Part shown: positions 1 to 13,896 of the stretch, piece by piece
Numbering within the stretch: the stretch's first letter is position 1
Layout: every line of letters starts with the position of its first letter
Source of the DNA: Halocafeteria seosinensis
Taxonomy: Eukaryota
DNA: 64,000 bases
Assembly (NCBI GenBank): GCA_001687465.1
Contig: LVLI01000148.1
Location: 1-64,000 of the forward strand
Direction of reading: 5' to 3'
Position numbers and translations under genes: made by a program
The notes under the pieces: generated by a model
What the model saw: only the letters and a program-made list of their open reading frames with translations
Database searches by the model: none
Told to the model about the DNA's origin: nothing

Positions 1-1303
1 GGGGTCGGCCACCCGGACTGACCTGTTCGTTCGGTAAGACAGACACAATGGAGTACACACCGAAGGTGACTAACTTGGATCCTGAACTACGTACTATCCA
101 GTTGCAATGGAGTGCCCAATATGTCAAAGCCTCGCTCAGTTCGGACTGGTGTTGGCTTGAAGAAACTCCTTCCTACGGGAACAGGGATATACGTGGGGCC
201 TGAGAACGTAGGGAGCGCCGAAGCCAGATCTGTACCAAGCCCACAAACCAATTGTTCAGAACGCTTAGAGCTTCCTCTTACCTCGCGGGGCCTCCGTATA
301 TTCAGGAAATAGAGGCGAGCTTGATCCATCACTGGAATCATCATCTACGTTCATCCCAGCCTCGGTGTCCATTGGGGAGGCACTAAGAGCCGTTCTTGAC
401 GATGCTACATCGGTACGAAGTCCCGACATTCTCCTTAATATTTTGGAAACAATATGCCGCAAATATGTCTATCAAGACACCGGATTCCACAACAATCGTC
501 GTTTGAATTTTGGCAGAGTACTTGGAAACTACAAAAACGAAATCTGGGGGGCAAGAGAAGGGTCCCTTCCGTAACTTCAAGGTACCCTGCACAAAAAAAA
601 AAGGGCCCGGTTTACCCCCTTCGTTGATTACTGTATGCATGGTGTATGCAAGCCAAGTAAGCAACATTCTTTACCAGCGTTTCCATCATGATGGGATCAT
701 AATTCGTATGGAAAATAAATTTGTCCACTAGTGACCACCGCCGTCACCGGCACGTGGTCAGTGTGTGTGTGTGGTATCTGGTTAAGTAGTGTACCTGTGG
801 TGCTTTGGCATACTTGTTTTCCTTAGGTTAATGTATTGGTTGGAAAATTTGTCTCTCGCATGTGATGGTATGTAGCTTGCCAGGATGCGTTATCAGCGGA
901 TTCCAGTCTGCAAATTCGGAGTGCTCGGGGACCCATGATTGATCCGAGGAAGGTTCCACATAGCGCAAAAACGGAGCGACTGTAGTCGCAAAAGTTAGCT
1001 GGATCCTCGCCGTAAAGCAAGTTGCAACCGAAGCAAAACACACACTTCCTGGCTTCACTTCACTTCGTAAATGAAAGAAATGTTTATCGCTTATCTGGAA
1101 CAGCGAGTCCATTGAGAGTCCTCTCTCTCTTTCTAAGTCCACAGTGCAAATAGGTATAGATAGTAAGGTAGTACAAAGACAGTAGTGGTTGCTCTATTGC
1201 TTGCTGCTTGAGTTGGATATAGCAGCTAAGGGGTTGATGGCGTCTTGACTGGGTATGCCCAGGCGTGCTGATTTGAACGACACTTCGAAGTCCATCACCG
1301 GGA

Positions 1304-2464
1304 ATGTCACAGCGACGCTCTATACAAGGCAATCCGGAAAGATCCTTCACTTTGTCTTCTACCGGTTCATCTTCCTCGTCCACTCTTCATAGCCAGAAAG
1401 CCTTAGGTGGTGGTAAAGGGACCTGGCCAAGCGGCTTTGCTCGACGAAAACAGGTCTACGACCCCAACGCACCCAAGAAACGACCTCCGGGAAGGTTCCT
1501 TGGAAACAAGACAACTAAGAACGCAAGAGTGGGAAAGGCTTCGAAGGTCACAGAGGAGGGAGCGATGAGAAGTGCGGGAGTGGGCGGAGCCGGCACCGCT
1601 GCAGCCAGCTTTAGCGATTCAGACAGCGGCGCCGATACCGAGTCAACAAGTAGCTCAGGAAGCAGCTTGTACCCCAACAGCGTTACGGTAAGATCAGCGG
1701 AGAATTCCAAGGTGTCTGCAACTGAAACTGCTAGTGAAACAAACTCTGATATTGTAATGATGTCGTCTAACGAACACGAGAGCAGCGAGGCACCAACCGC
1801 TGCTAGCGAACAAACCAGCGCATCCGCTGACGAACGAAACAACGTAGCAGACACTACGCAAGAGGAACGCGATATAGTTGTTAAAGGTGGTGGATACATC
1901 ACAACGTTTGAGGACGGCCAAATTAAGATTCAACGGAACGCATTTGGTGAGAGTACGTATCACACTTTTCGTCTTGTACTGCCTCGGCCGTGTAATGCAA
2001 TGTTTGCCACCTCGCAGCTGTTTGCATGGAATGTGGCAATAACCTACAAGAGCACGATATCATTTTGTGCGATGGTTGCAACGAGGAATATCACAAGCGG
2101 TACGTAGCAACTCGCATGGTCTTTTAAGTGTCGCGCTACTTATTAATGAGATGTTTGTCGTCGATGCAGGTGCTTGACATCGAAGTTGGCAGTTGTGCCG
2201 AAGGAGGAATGGTTCTGTGGCAATTGCCTAGCAAAACAGCTTTTTGAGGTGGACACAGACTCGAATTTTGCGGACACCGACACGAAAATTCAACCAGTTC
2301 AACGACAAATTGATTTGGATTTCCTGTATTATGATCAGCTAGAGAAACGATCTCCAGAAGAGTCCACCACTGATTCTATACGGCGAACGATAGAGCAGTT
2401 TCCGCGGTTTGCCAAGGAAGACTTAGAAGCAATCCTAGCTCGCCACAAGCGAAAAGATAAATAG
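1304..2464 (+). CDS. PHD-finger protein with long Ser/Thr/Ala-rich N-terminus (3 exons)
   Basis: Removing GT-AG introns 1953-2017 and 2100-2169 gives VCMECGNNLQEHDIILCDGCNEEYHKRCLTSKLAVVPKEEWFCGNC, a C4HC3 PHD finger. Start codon uncertain. Confidence 0.85.
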
Positions 2465-3150
2465 ACTAAAGAAAGGGAGCTGATGCCTATGAGTAGTCGG
2501 GGCATTTTTTGCTACGGGTTGGCAAGCCAGCGCTCTACTCTGCCGCGCTCCTCGTTCTTCCTCCAGAACCAATATGCACGCATCACATATTTCAACGGTC
2601 TGTCGCAACCGCCCTTAGCCCTAGCCTTCGCATGCCCCATCAGGGTCCTTTCGTATGTAATGATTTATTTCGGGCTTACGGACAGGGGAGAAAGACCACA
2701 TCCTGCAGTTACACCAGCAGTGCACTACAAAGTCCAACCCCTACCCTCCCTCTCTCTGGCTATTCCGCATGCCAGTCACGGAATATTGTGTTGTGTCACT
2801 AATGCACTCTGACTGTACAGTCGAATGCCAACGCTTGCAATACACGTCCGCGTCTGTCCGGTGCACAAAGAACCTCAGGACCGAAGCAACAACAGATACA
2901 TGCGGGGTCTGGCTCGCGTTCTAGGTGTTGTGCTGCCGGAACCAGTCGAGTCGCTGCTACATACTGTATGGCGTAAGCGGGAAGAGGTGCTCTGACTTCT
3001 CATGTTGAGACGAAGAATCATGTTGGTGGTCTTACGGACATTGACGTGCACTATGAAACACCGGTAATTAGTTTGCATTTCTCGTTTCTTTGTGTCCCAG
3101 GGTCATCATTCCATGCAAGTGTTTGATCGAATAGTTAAGCTGCACTATTC

Positions 3151-3654
3151 GTGAAACCAATGTGTGACCAGTACTGTACTTATCGATCTGCTGTACACAA
3201 CCAAGGCATAAAAATAAAGAAGATTCTTCTTGTGACACCAAAACAAGTAGAAAAAATCAAAGAGCACACTGGTGACATTGGTTGGCCGTATACTACGGGT
3301 TCAAACTACTTAAAGCTATGGCGACAATCATGTATCCGAAACATTTTCCGATACTTTCGCCAAGCCTATAGCTGTCCTTGGCAAGTCCTATTGATGAAGC
3401 TAGCGTCCCTTGATAGAGAAGTAATTCTAGCTGCTCTGACGCAGAAAGAACGGATAGACCTCGTTCGTGTCAATGTCTGGTATGATCGCCAAACTCTATA
3501 TTCTCTGAGGAGTCGAATCCTACCCGTATTTCTCTCTAGTAGGAACTACGTCCGGCAACATCTGTACATTCTAGAGGCAGAAACGGTGAAATATAGTCAT
3601 AACACAGTTAGACTTTGGTGTCCGGACACGGATCTAACTAAAAAGAAACACTAG
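3151..3654 (+). CDS. Hypothetical protein (orphan ORF)
   Basis: 167-codon open frame with protein-like composition, GTG start and no recognised motif. Confidence 0.25.
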   Translation: MKPMCDQYCTYRSAVHNQGIKIKKILLVTPKQVEKIKEHTGDIGWPYTTGSNYLKLWRQSCIRNIFRYFRQAYSCPWQVLLMKLASLDREVILAALTQKERIDLVRVNVWYDRQTLYSLRSRILPVFLSSRNYVRQHLYILEAETVKYSHNTVRLWCPDTDLTKKKH

Positions 3655-3751
3655 GAAGCATCAAATCGGATATGACCCACGCTCTGTTCTGACCTCTTTA
3701 TAGTTTGCACTACTGCAACACGTGCTGCATTTGTGCTTACGTGCCGTTCAG

Positions 3752-6700
3752 TTAGTGGACTACTTTATGCATGTGCTTTCCCGGTGCATCAATTCCCTTG
3801 TACCCAGTCCCAGGAGGGCTTTTCGTGCTTTCGCTGTTTCGGTACGGCAACGAACCTTGTTCCGCTTGAGAGTGTCCCTGTTGGCGATCAAGGGAGAGCG
3901 CCTTAGAATAATCTTCGATCGCTTTATCATACTGTCCTAGACTATCGTGAGTAGACCCGCGATTGAAGTGGGCGTTGGCATTGCTCGGATCAAGGTTCAA
4001 AACGCAAGTGAAGTCTTGGATCGCTGCGACGAACTCTCCTTTCTTGTCAAAACTAATTCCACGATTATGATACGCATGCGCATTCTCCGGGTCAATCTCT
4101 AGGACCCTACTGTAGTCCTTGATAGCGTTCTCGTACTGCCCGGACTTAGCATAGCAGTATCCGCGGTTATTCAAGGCTTTGACATTCTCCGGTTCAAGAG
4201 TGAGAGCCTGAGTATAATCATCGATTGCCTTAGCAAAATCTCCGAGCTTTCGCCATGAATAGCCTCGATGGTTGTACGCAGCAGCATTTCGTGGGTCTAA
4301 CTTTAAAGCAGCCTGCAACAAACGCCATGCGCAAACACAAGTTGAACGTCAAGAGTAACTCAATGTGAAAGGACGGATCGACATACTGTAAAGTCTTCGA
4401 TTGCTTCCTCATACTTTCCAATACTTCTGTAGTAAAATCCCCGATTATGTCTGTACACTCCATTGGATGGTTCAATGCTAATGGCCTTTGTCAAGTCGGC
4501 CACAACCTCCTCTTTCATACCCGCTCGGTCTTTTGCCAGGCCACGGCTATTATAAACACTAGCATTCTCAGTATCTAATTCAACAGCTCGGTCGAAATCC
4601 CTAATTGCATCCTCAATGCGGCCAAGTTTCTCATATACCGATGCTCTGTTGAAAAACGCATTCATGTTAGTTGGATCTATACTAACCGCCGTATCGTAGT
4701 CTTTCAGCGCCTCTGTGAGTCGGTTTAGTCGCTCATAGCAATAAGCGCGATTGTACACAGCCTTGAAATGATTAGGCATCCGTTCAAGAGCTTGGGAATA
4801 ATCGTTGATGGCTGCTTCGAAATTGCCTTGCTTTCTGTGGCAGAATCCTCGGTTATGATAAAAGTCCGCGTTGGATGGGAGTCTTTCGATGGCTTTCGAG
4901 AAATCTTCAATCGCACTTTCGAAGTCGTCATTTCTATCGTAGCTGATGCCTCTATTATAGTAAGCATAAGCATTGCTGGGATCAAGACGCAGCGCTGCCG
5001 TGTAGTCGCGGATAGCCTCCGAAAACCGTTCGATTTTGTCTAAAGCGAATCCCCTGTTAAAATATGCTTTAAAATGATTTGAATCGCAGTAAATAGCTTG
5101 CGTATAAGCTTCTATTGCTCCTCGAAAATCACCCTTCTTTCTACAGGCAAATCCCTGCGCGTGATACTTATCCGCATCGGCACTCTGCTGGATCGTTCGG
5201 AGTTGTTTCTGCGGAGACCTTTGCTTTGGGCTTCCTCTCGACCGTGTGCTGGAAGTAGTTCCATCACGAGGTTTCTCATCGCTGGCAAGGCCCTGAGAAG
5301 ATGGTGGGGTATTGTAGCTGCTAGGATGACCATGACTGCTGCTGTACGTAACATCCTTATCATAAGACTCCGACCATTGTCTTGCTTCTTCCATCTTAAG
5401 ATGACCGTCCCGTTCCGAATTGAAGCTTTGGTTGGCGCTGTCATTTGAAGCCTCATTCTCGACACCCCTGTAGGGACCATCCCTACCGTAGTTCAATGTT
5501 ACAGTTACAGAGTCATCAGTTGGACCTGTTGCTGTTGTTGCTGCACTCATAGCGGAATCTGCTCTGCCTCGTCTGTCGTTTTCAAACCCACCAGTGGCTT
5601 TGCTTTTTGAAACGGCAGTTCGAGGCATACCGTCGGTAGCTTTGGAGAGCGGAGTACCAAGCGGATCAAGTCCCTGATTCAATTGCTCTCTGGCCTGTTG
5701 CTCTCGCAGCTTAACATATTTTTCAGCCCCAACCAGAAAAGAGCCTTTTCGATTTTGCGCCGGAGATGTGATTGTTCCTTTCGGTGAGCTGGACGATCGC
5801 GCCTTATCCTTCGTTAAAGCCATGTTATAATCGTCGATTGCTTCAGAAAAATTCCCCATTCTGTTATGGCAAGCTGCTCTAGAGTAAGCGGCATTGACGT
5901 GATCAGGGTCTACCTTCAAAGCCTCCGTAAAATCCTCAATAGCCTGCTCCAAATTGCATGTGGTAGATAGAATGGTCCGAGTCCTCAACATGATGAATGC
6001 AGCCGTACTCACCTCTTCGGTGTTCCCTACCCGATCATTAGCAATCCCTTTGTTGTAATAAGCATGGACGTTCTGTCATCAGAACGCAATCAGGAGTGGA
6101 GGATGTACATATTCGGTAGAGTTGCTATGGTGACTTACTTCCGGATCCTGGTGTAAGACTAGCCGGTAATCCTCAACCGCCTCTCTATACATCTTCTTCT
6201 TCATGTAACTGCTAGCTCGAATAGAAAGGGCTTTAAAGCTATTTGGTTGCATTTCCAGCTGCAGGAAGACCGGAAAATGCATGATGACCACGTCGGAGGT
6301 CTTTGCAATGATGCCTACACACTTTACGGGTGCACTGTTCAATTAGCCTATCGACGTCCACATGTTTTCGATAGTAATACGTTCGATCTGGGTGTAGTTT
6401 GGCTGAATGCATTCAAAGATACCAACAAGTAGTTACCCAAACAATAATACGCAAACCAGAAACTTATTCTTTCTCCACGTACCCGCTTCTTCTACACCAA
6501 GGAAATCTTTTCTCTTGTACAACGCTCCCTGTGGTTTATCAATGTCGTCTTCAGCTGTAGTTCCATCATATTGCGAATATATGTGAATAAGCTTGACTTC
6601 TTGGCTCTTAAGTTCGGTTTGATCTTACCTCCATGAGAAGTGTGCCTTTCCTCTGAGTTTGGAGAGCCAGCTTCCTGGGAATATGTCGATCGTGGGGGCG

Positions 6701-7241
6701 TGAGATAGCTCGGGGTGGATTCAAACGATGTATCCGACTGCATCGATTTGCGATGCGGAGTCGTGGGGTAGTATTCCTCCTGATAGTTGGAACCAACTCC
6801 ATTGTATTCATGATTACGGCGGTACCTTGAGTTGCTGGCACTTCTGGACTGGGAACGCTCCTGTTGACTACCTTTATAATTCTGTTTTCTGGAGTAATTA
6901 GGTGCACCCGCGCGTTGCTGAGACGGAGCAGGGGGTGGCTGCTGTCTATTCTTCTCGTCTGGTTTTGCGGTTTTGCCTGCAGGACCCGTTCTAGAGGCTG
7001 GGTCATTGTTTTTGTGCCTCCCAGTCCGACTGGTGCTTCTATTGGCTTTGCGTCTATATGGTGTTCTCGAAGGCGAGGAGTCCCTCATAACGTTTCCGGC
7101 ATCCTTATTGGTGCTCCTAGCCTTGAGAGGGCTCTGGGGTTCCTGAAGAGCAGTTGTATTAGCGGGAGAGCCCCCCGAATTGCTGCTGAGAGGGGCCAAC
7201 GGAGGCTGCTGATTATGCTGAAATGACCTATGCGCCCACAT
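3752..7241 (-). CDS. Multi-exon tetratricopeptide repeat (TPR) protein
   Basis: Many 34-aa repeats of the type AYYNRGISY...AIEDFSKAI in ORFs 4360-6012 and 3752-4321, upstream TPR exons near 6020-6400 and a low-complexity N-terminus (about 6630-7241). Both ends approximate. Confidence 0.9.
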
Positions 7242-8291
7242 TATACACCACCTCCCACACGTTCCTGATGTCACGGAGTGCCTTTCCTAGAAGATCGTTT
7301 GTGAAAAAATGGCAAAATAAAGGAGCAGGAACGACTTTAACGAGCAGCGGGCCGTCGAAAATGGCGCGTTAAGGGCTATCTTCTGCAACTTGATGGCGGG
7401 ATTATCTCTACCACTGTTCTCCGACGATAACCATCAGTAGACGACAGACACAATTGATTCAAAACAATGAATGGACCTAGCTTGCTATCAATGCGGAAGA
7501 CTTAAAGCAACGTAAACGTCTTTGTGGTGAATAGCCGGTTTGAGACGCGGTCTCGTTGCGACCGATCGGAGCTTAGCAGAAGCACCTTTGCCAACTGTCA
7601 GTTGGTTCGACAAACTGCCTTCTAGAAGTATACCCATCTTGCGCTCAGGGAGTTTGGTTAAGAAGATGGTTACGCATGGAACCGACGACGAAGCGGCCAT
7701 GGACGCAGTTCCTAAACTGGTTGCAAGTCGGTTGCAACTCCGGTCTGATGTACACCGTGCGGTAGTACATAATGGTACATACCAAGTAATTTTTCACTTG
7801 AAGGATTAATGTTGCGCCTACGTTTCGGTTCGGGATTCTTTTTCTTGCTATCAGGAAGTCTCTTCCTTCGTACGTGTTCATTTAGCGCTTAGCATCCTAA
7901 GTTCTTGGAATCTGCGGTGCGGTGCCACAGACGTTGTCATTGTGGAATCAAAAAGGCGTGCCACCTGACGCAGACAATTCTGATGCATCTGCAACCTTTC
8001 CGTCTGGTTCTGGAAGAATACGTCGGTACGAAAAGAGAGACGTAAACCAGCACCCAGGATTCCTGACTCAATCGAGGTCCGACTCGAGTTGAAGTGGGGA
8101 GACACTGACACCACAAACTTCAATTTAGGCTGATTATGCAGTCCATTTCCTTTCCCAGCACACATCAATGTATTCAATCGGATTTGTATTATAGTTTCAT
8201 ACTTTTTCACCCCAAAACACGGGTCTATTTTAGTTAGGGAAAGCGTCAGAAAAGGGGGTAAAAGCAAGCGCCAAGTTCAACCAACTTAGCC

Positions 8292-9361
8292 ATGGTAAGC
8301 TATTTTCTTGCTTTCGCTCGTATATACCGTCTACACGATCCAACAACTTCTGCAGCCGCAAAACGAGCATACGGAAGAGTTCCAGAAGCGCCATGGAACG
8401 CGTCCTAACTTCCATGAGAAGGTGTACGTGGGGTATTCAAGGCAATTTCCACCGGATATCATGATGCTGTATACGTACTTGTTACTGTCCATAACAGGCG
8501 AAAGCAGGAGGCTCGTATGGCGCACAAACGATCTGAATACGCGCAGAATGTCAAAGGATTAAGAGCGAAGTTACACAATGAGAAACGATTTAAAGAGAAG
8601 GTACAGATGAAGAAAACGTAAGTGCTGGTTTTGATCACAGGCTGTCGAATGATGTGTACATCAAACGGCGGACATTTGTACTTGAACCGCCCTCTGCAGG
8701 AAGTCTACTCATGAAGAAAAGGAAGCGAAGGCTAAGAAAGAAGAGGCAGACAATGGAGCTGCCGTTCCAGCCTACTTGCTGGACCGTGAAAACACACAGA
8801 GGGCGAAAGTTCTGTCCAACACAATAAAACAGAAGCGTAAAGAGAAGGCTGGAAAATGGGAGGTACCGGTACCAAAGGTAAAGCCAATATCAGACGACGA
8901 AATGTTCCGCGTCGTCACTACAGGAAAGCGCAAAGGTACGAACGGAGGTAAACGAAACGAATCGCAGCACTGCAAACATTGTCTTTATATCGTCGTTTTT
9001 TGCAGCCAAGGCTTGGAAGCGCATGGTTACAAAGCCAACATTTGTTGGTGAAGGCTTTACCCGCAAGCCTCCAAAATATGAACGTTTTATCAGACCTTCG
9101 GGTCTTCGGTTTAAGAAAGCACATGTGACACATCCGGAACTACAGGCAACATTCCATCTAGATATCATCGGAGTCAAGAAGAACCCTTCGAGCAACATGT
9201 ACACTCAACTTGGCGTGCTGAGCAAAGGAACTGTTATAGAAGTTAATGTCAGTGAATTGGGGATGGTAACCACAAGCGGGAAAGTAGTATGGGGAAAATA
9301 TGCTCAAGTAACCAACAATCCAGAGTTAGATGGGTGTATTAACGCCGTGCTCCTCGTGTAA
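8292..9361 (+). CDS. NSA2: Ribosome biogenesis protein NSA2
   Basis: ATG then intron 8295-8355 then PQNEH...; conserved [40 protein letters not shown] and [22 protein letters not shown]. Confidence 0.97.
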
Positions 9362-9400
9362 TATCGCACCGAAGCATTGGAATAACAACAGGCGAAACTA

Positions 9401-9456
9401 ATTTTACCAGCTACTGAAGTCACCAATCTTATTTTACCAGCTACTGAAGTCACCAA
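9401..9456. repeat. Tandem duplication (26 bp identical, 30 bp period) of the PPIL2 3' end including the stop codon
   Basis: attttaccagctactgaagtcaccaa occurs at 9401-9426 and 9431-9456. Confidence 0.9.
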
Positions 9457-11340
9457 ACCCTGTTCGTTTGGGTTTATTAGGGACGTTTGCTTCTGGCTTT
9501 GACGGTATATCCTGCAAACGATTTTGTTTTGATGCATCCAAGTAGCGGCCTACAGAGCTTCCACTTGTTGCAGCACTAGAAGCTGCCGAACTACCCTTCT
9601 CTGCCGCATCAATCCGTTGCAAAGCAGCTTTTCGCTTCTCTTCCTGTTCTTTCGCAGCCTTATGCTCTTCGCGTTCTTTCTTTTCATTCTCAAAAGGGTC
9701 ATTATATATAATTGTGTCCAATATTTTTATCTCCTCCTTGGGTTTCTCCTTTTTATTGGTGGGGACATTTTCCATGGCACTCAGAGTCTGCATTCCACCT
9801 ACGACTCTTCCAAAAATAGTATGCTTGTTGTCCAGAGGCTGCAAAATAACCCAAATCCTTGAACGCTACCTAGCGGAAGGATCTCAGTATGGAACTTACC
9901 GGACAGCTCTTGAACGTTATAAAAAATTGACTAGTATTCGTGTTCTTGCCGCTATTTGCCATCGACAAAACTCCTCGCCCAGAGTGTGTTAATCTTGAAT
10001 CAAACTCATCCCGAAACGGCTCTCCCCATATTGATTCCCCTCCTTCGCCTGTCCCTTCCGGATCTCCACCTTGTATCATAAAGTTTCTTATACTCCTATG
10101 AAACACAGTATTCTTGTAGTATCCCCGGCGACATAGTCCAATAAAGTTTTCACATGTTCGAGGTACTATGTCGCAATGCAGCTCGACATTGATATTCCCT
10201 AAGTTTGTAACTATTCGTGCATATCCCTTTTCTTTCCGACTGCGGATTTTGCGCCACCAATCTTCCAGGATTCGCTCTTCAGGAATATCTTCGAGCCGCT
10301 GATGTGTAGTAGGATCGACAGACGAAGATGTGAAACTCCCACTCACTTCTCCGGTCGTCGATCGTTCGCTGAGGTCGCCAACTTCGGACGCCATATCATG
10401 TCTACGTCGTTTGACAGCTGACACGCTTTCACGGACTCCGACAGACTCGGCCTCCCGTTTACGCTCTTCAGCGCTGCTACTTACGTCCTCCAACACACGT
10501 TTTGCAGTTGTATTCATCTTTACAGTTGGCGTCTTTCCCGCGTCATCTTCTTTCGACTGATGACGGAAGCGAGTTATGTCCCGCCGTTTGACCATTTCCT
10601 CGTCATTTGGATTCTGTATGGTTATTATATCCTCCTTGCCGTTGAATGGTTCATCCGTCAAGAGGTCTTTGTAGCTCTTTGGTTTGAGACAAAGTTGGTG
10701 GACAGCGTCGTAGCTGTACACGTTACCGGTGGGTCGAATTGCCACAATATGCGAATGGTTGTTGAAAGCTTTGTAAGTGACGGGGCAGTACCATTCGCCG
10801 TCTTCATTCTTGTACATGTTTAAACGAATCAAGTCCTTCCCCAAGAGTTTCTTTCCGGTGACTGGACACTGCACGTTAGTAATAGATCACTCTCATTCTC
10901 TCTCTCTCTCTCTACTACACGCACAAAATTATTTTCCACGAACAAGCATGGTCTAGACGGACTTACTTGTTTGTGCTTCTTTATGTAGGGCACAATGGAT
11001 GTGAAATCGAACACCACGCCGTCTGGTGTGCAAACTGGGTTCTTGAACGGCGACAACGTCAGCGCACAGCAGTCAAATGGCAGTGCTGCATGGTATCATC
11101 CACAAATAAACAATTGTCATGCCACCACATGCGGTAGGCATCTTATGCAACATACGCTTGAAGGTCTGCTTCTTGTCCTTCCGGGCATCTTTGCCGCCAT
11201 ACAGCTCCTTCCATTCCGTCGAGGTAATAAAGAGACGGTCCTTGCTGTGCTGTAGTCATTCATATACTCAGAGCAGTGAATCATATGCCTGTCTATCTGT
11301 CATTATATCAGCCATGGAACCTTACCTGGTCCTTCCCCAT
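9434..11340 (-). CDS. PPIL2: U-box/RING-type cyclophilin (PPIL2/Cyp60/CYP65)
   Basis: [33 protein letters not shown], cyclophilin core [15 protein letters not shown]...SMANSG...SQFFIT, and C-terminal FGDFSSW*. Confidence 0.95.
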
Positions 11341-11531
11341 CGTGGAGAGCTATTTCCGTCCACTACATGCAGTATAACCAGGATTGTGTAGATGTCCCAA
11401 GATAGGAATGATGGGTAATAGAACAAGTATAGTGTAATGCATGTATTCTGTCGTGAACGCAGAGCGTAAGTAAAACAATCCGCGTTTGTGGCGGTCTGGC
11501 ACTCTTTCAGAGACCATTGTAGATTGGGAAT

Positions 11532-12758
11532 ATGGAGAGTTTCGGAGGTTTACATGGCATAAAACGCCTTCAGAAGGCGGATGGCGAAAACATTACAATC
11601 TTGGGAAGTGCTCACGCCGGATTCAACATGTCTCGCCGCATCCGGGAAGTGTTACAGGAAGAGCAAGGATCGTGGATTCGAAGCGCTCCTGAAGTGGTTG
11701 CAATTGAGTTTGGCCAATACAGAATGGACACTCATTTAGACAGGGACAGCCGTCAGAAGGCTCAGTTAGCGCCGCTTTTGGAAGGAGCCCCGGTCGTGAG
11801 GTGCATTCATCCTCTCACGTTGCTGAACACTCTTTCCGTGCTGCCGGCTGCATTTGTTCTTTCGGCACTCTGTGGTGATACGTACGGGGAGGATATGTAC
11901 CTAACCGCGCATTATGTAACCCAACAGATGCCTGAGACGAAACTTGTATGTATTGACAGGGATCAATTCGTGACGATGGCACGGTGGGAGATATCTGTGG
12001 GCGATGTACTTCCTTTGAAATATTTACCAAGGCTTATCGGAGGCCTCATTTTTTACAGAAAACAGTGGATTGTCTCTGCACTTCGCCAATGGAGTGATGA
12101 AACCGCGTTGGATTTCTCCTCTTACCTCTCCAAGCCATTGTCCAGAAGACTAATACAGTTTGATAAAATTCTAATTGATGCATATGAGCGGCAAGCAGTA
12201 AGTTCGACAAACAAAAGATGGGATTGAATCTACTGCTACTGAATGCAGCGTCATTTTGAGTATGTGCAGATGAGTCAGGACGAGTTTGAACAAGCCAAAG
12301 AGTGCATGACGGCGGCTACAACTGCACCTATTTTTGCTGCTCGCCAAGGGTGCCCTACTGAACTCACGGGACTTCACCCAGCCCTCGTACAGGAGCGTGA
12401 CAAGATTTTGAGCTATAACCTATACAACCTCCCCGGGAAGAATGCAGTTGCTGTTGTAGGTATTGGTCATCTTGAAGGTATCGAAGAACATTGGGGACAA
12501 CTAGAAGAATCTGAAGTTCGGGAGTTATTAAAACCTCCTCCACACTTTACATTTAAGACGTGCGTTCTTCCGAGCATTGCAGCTGTCGGCTCCGCATGTG
12601 GACTGTTTTACCTTCATAGAAGGAAAATTCTCCCATTGAGAACTACCGCTTATACTTTATTTTCAGTAGCCGCTGTCGGCACTTTCATTGGATTTAGGGC
12701 TGTTCAAGAGATGAAGAGCTTGGTTAATGTGATCCACGAAACTAGACAACAAAGGTAG
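11532..12758 (+). CDS. TraB-domain protein with C-terminal hydrophobic segments
   Basis: ILGSAH, PEVVAIEF, GEDM, CIDRD and ERDKILSYNL...VAVVGIGHLEGIEEHW motifs. One intron (gtaagt...tgcag, about 12198-12248) joins the two ORFs. Confidence 0.85.
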
Positions 12759-12836
12759 CAGGCTCAAAGCGGTAGGTTTTATTTCTTAAGATTAGATGCC
12801 AACTAAGTCGCTTCAGTAATATGTAATTTTGCTGCG

Positions 12837-13896
12837 CTACTGTTTGGGTATCCAACGATGATGATGATGTTCTTCCCTTATATCCCATTCTTCCTTGGTA
12901 TACTCGTCTTCCTCCGTGTCTTGGAGTAAGAATCGCAAAAATGCACCCGCGTTCTCAGCCGAATCTAGTGCATCTTTGGGAGGAGCATCAATTCCTTTCG
13001 TTTCCCGGCTCTTTCGATTTTCGTACATATTCTCGAAGAACTGCTTCGGTGGGAAGACCTGTTCATCCGTAGCTCTAATTTCAGCTGCATTGCACATTCG
13101 TTGCATGTACGGCTACCACGGCTCACCTGGAAAAAGAACTCTACGACGTACCTTGCATAGGCGTATCAACAATACCCGGTTTAACACTCCCTATCAGGAA
13201 ACGCGGCACTGACTTTTCCGTCTTGACTTTGTTCTCCTGTTCTGCTTTCAGCACTTCGTACATCGAATAGAGTGCCGACTTGGAAGAGCAATAGCAGCCC
13301 CAGCCGGGGAAAGCTGTGCGGGGCAATAAAGGAGACAACACATATATTAAACGAAAAACGAACAACGCGCACGGTAGCTCTTTCCAACTGTCTTACATAC
13401 CTTTGTGAGCTGCGCCCGAGGAAACATGGAGAATTCTAGAACCATCCTTGAGAGAGCCCAATAGCTGCTGTGTTAAGAAGAGTGGGCCTTCGACGTTGAT
13501 AGAATAATGATGCCGTAATTCCTCCGGAGTGACATCCATCAAAGGCTTCACAGGTCCTAGCACACCAGCATTGTGGACCAAATAGTCTAGTTTCCTCCCC
13601 GAGTTCTCCACAGCTTCACGGATCTTGCTTCGTCCCTCCGACTTGGATACATCCGCCGAAATGATGCTGACCAGGGATGGATCACGAGCACTACTCTTAA
13701 GGTCATTCAATGGAGCCTCTCTCCTTCCGACAGCGAACACCTGGGAACAGGAGCAAGACATGACTGCAGGAGGAGCCGCAGAACAGCATTCACCACGACT
13801 TACATGCACATTGACCGCGAGTAGGGACATGGCGAGGCCACGTCCGATACCCGTGCCGGCTCCTGTGATCAGGGCTACACTTTGAGACTGGGCCAT
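12837..13896 (-). CDS. Short-chain dehydrogenase/reductase (sepiapterin/benzil reductase-like)
   Basis: TGAGTGIG, VHNAG, VSSGAA, YCSSK and PGIVDTPMQ spread over several exons. Confidence 0.92.

Noticed and set aside
755..780. (GT)n tract as another retroposon tail
   Set aside because: Lacks the diagnostic tgtcacat junction and any TSD.
7400..8270. Short ORFs between the TPR and NSA2 genes
   Set aside because: No recognisable product; likely intergenic or decayed sequence.
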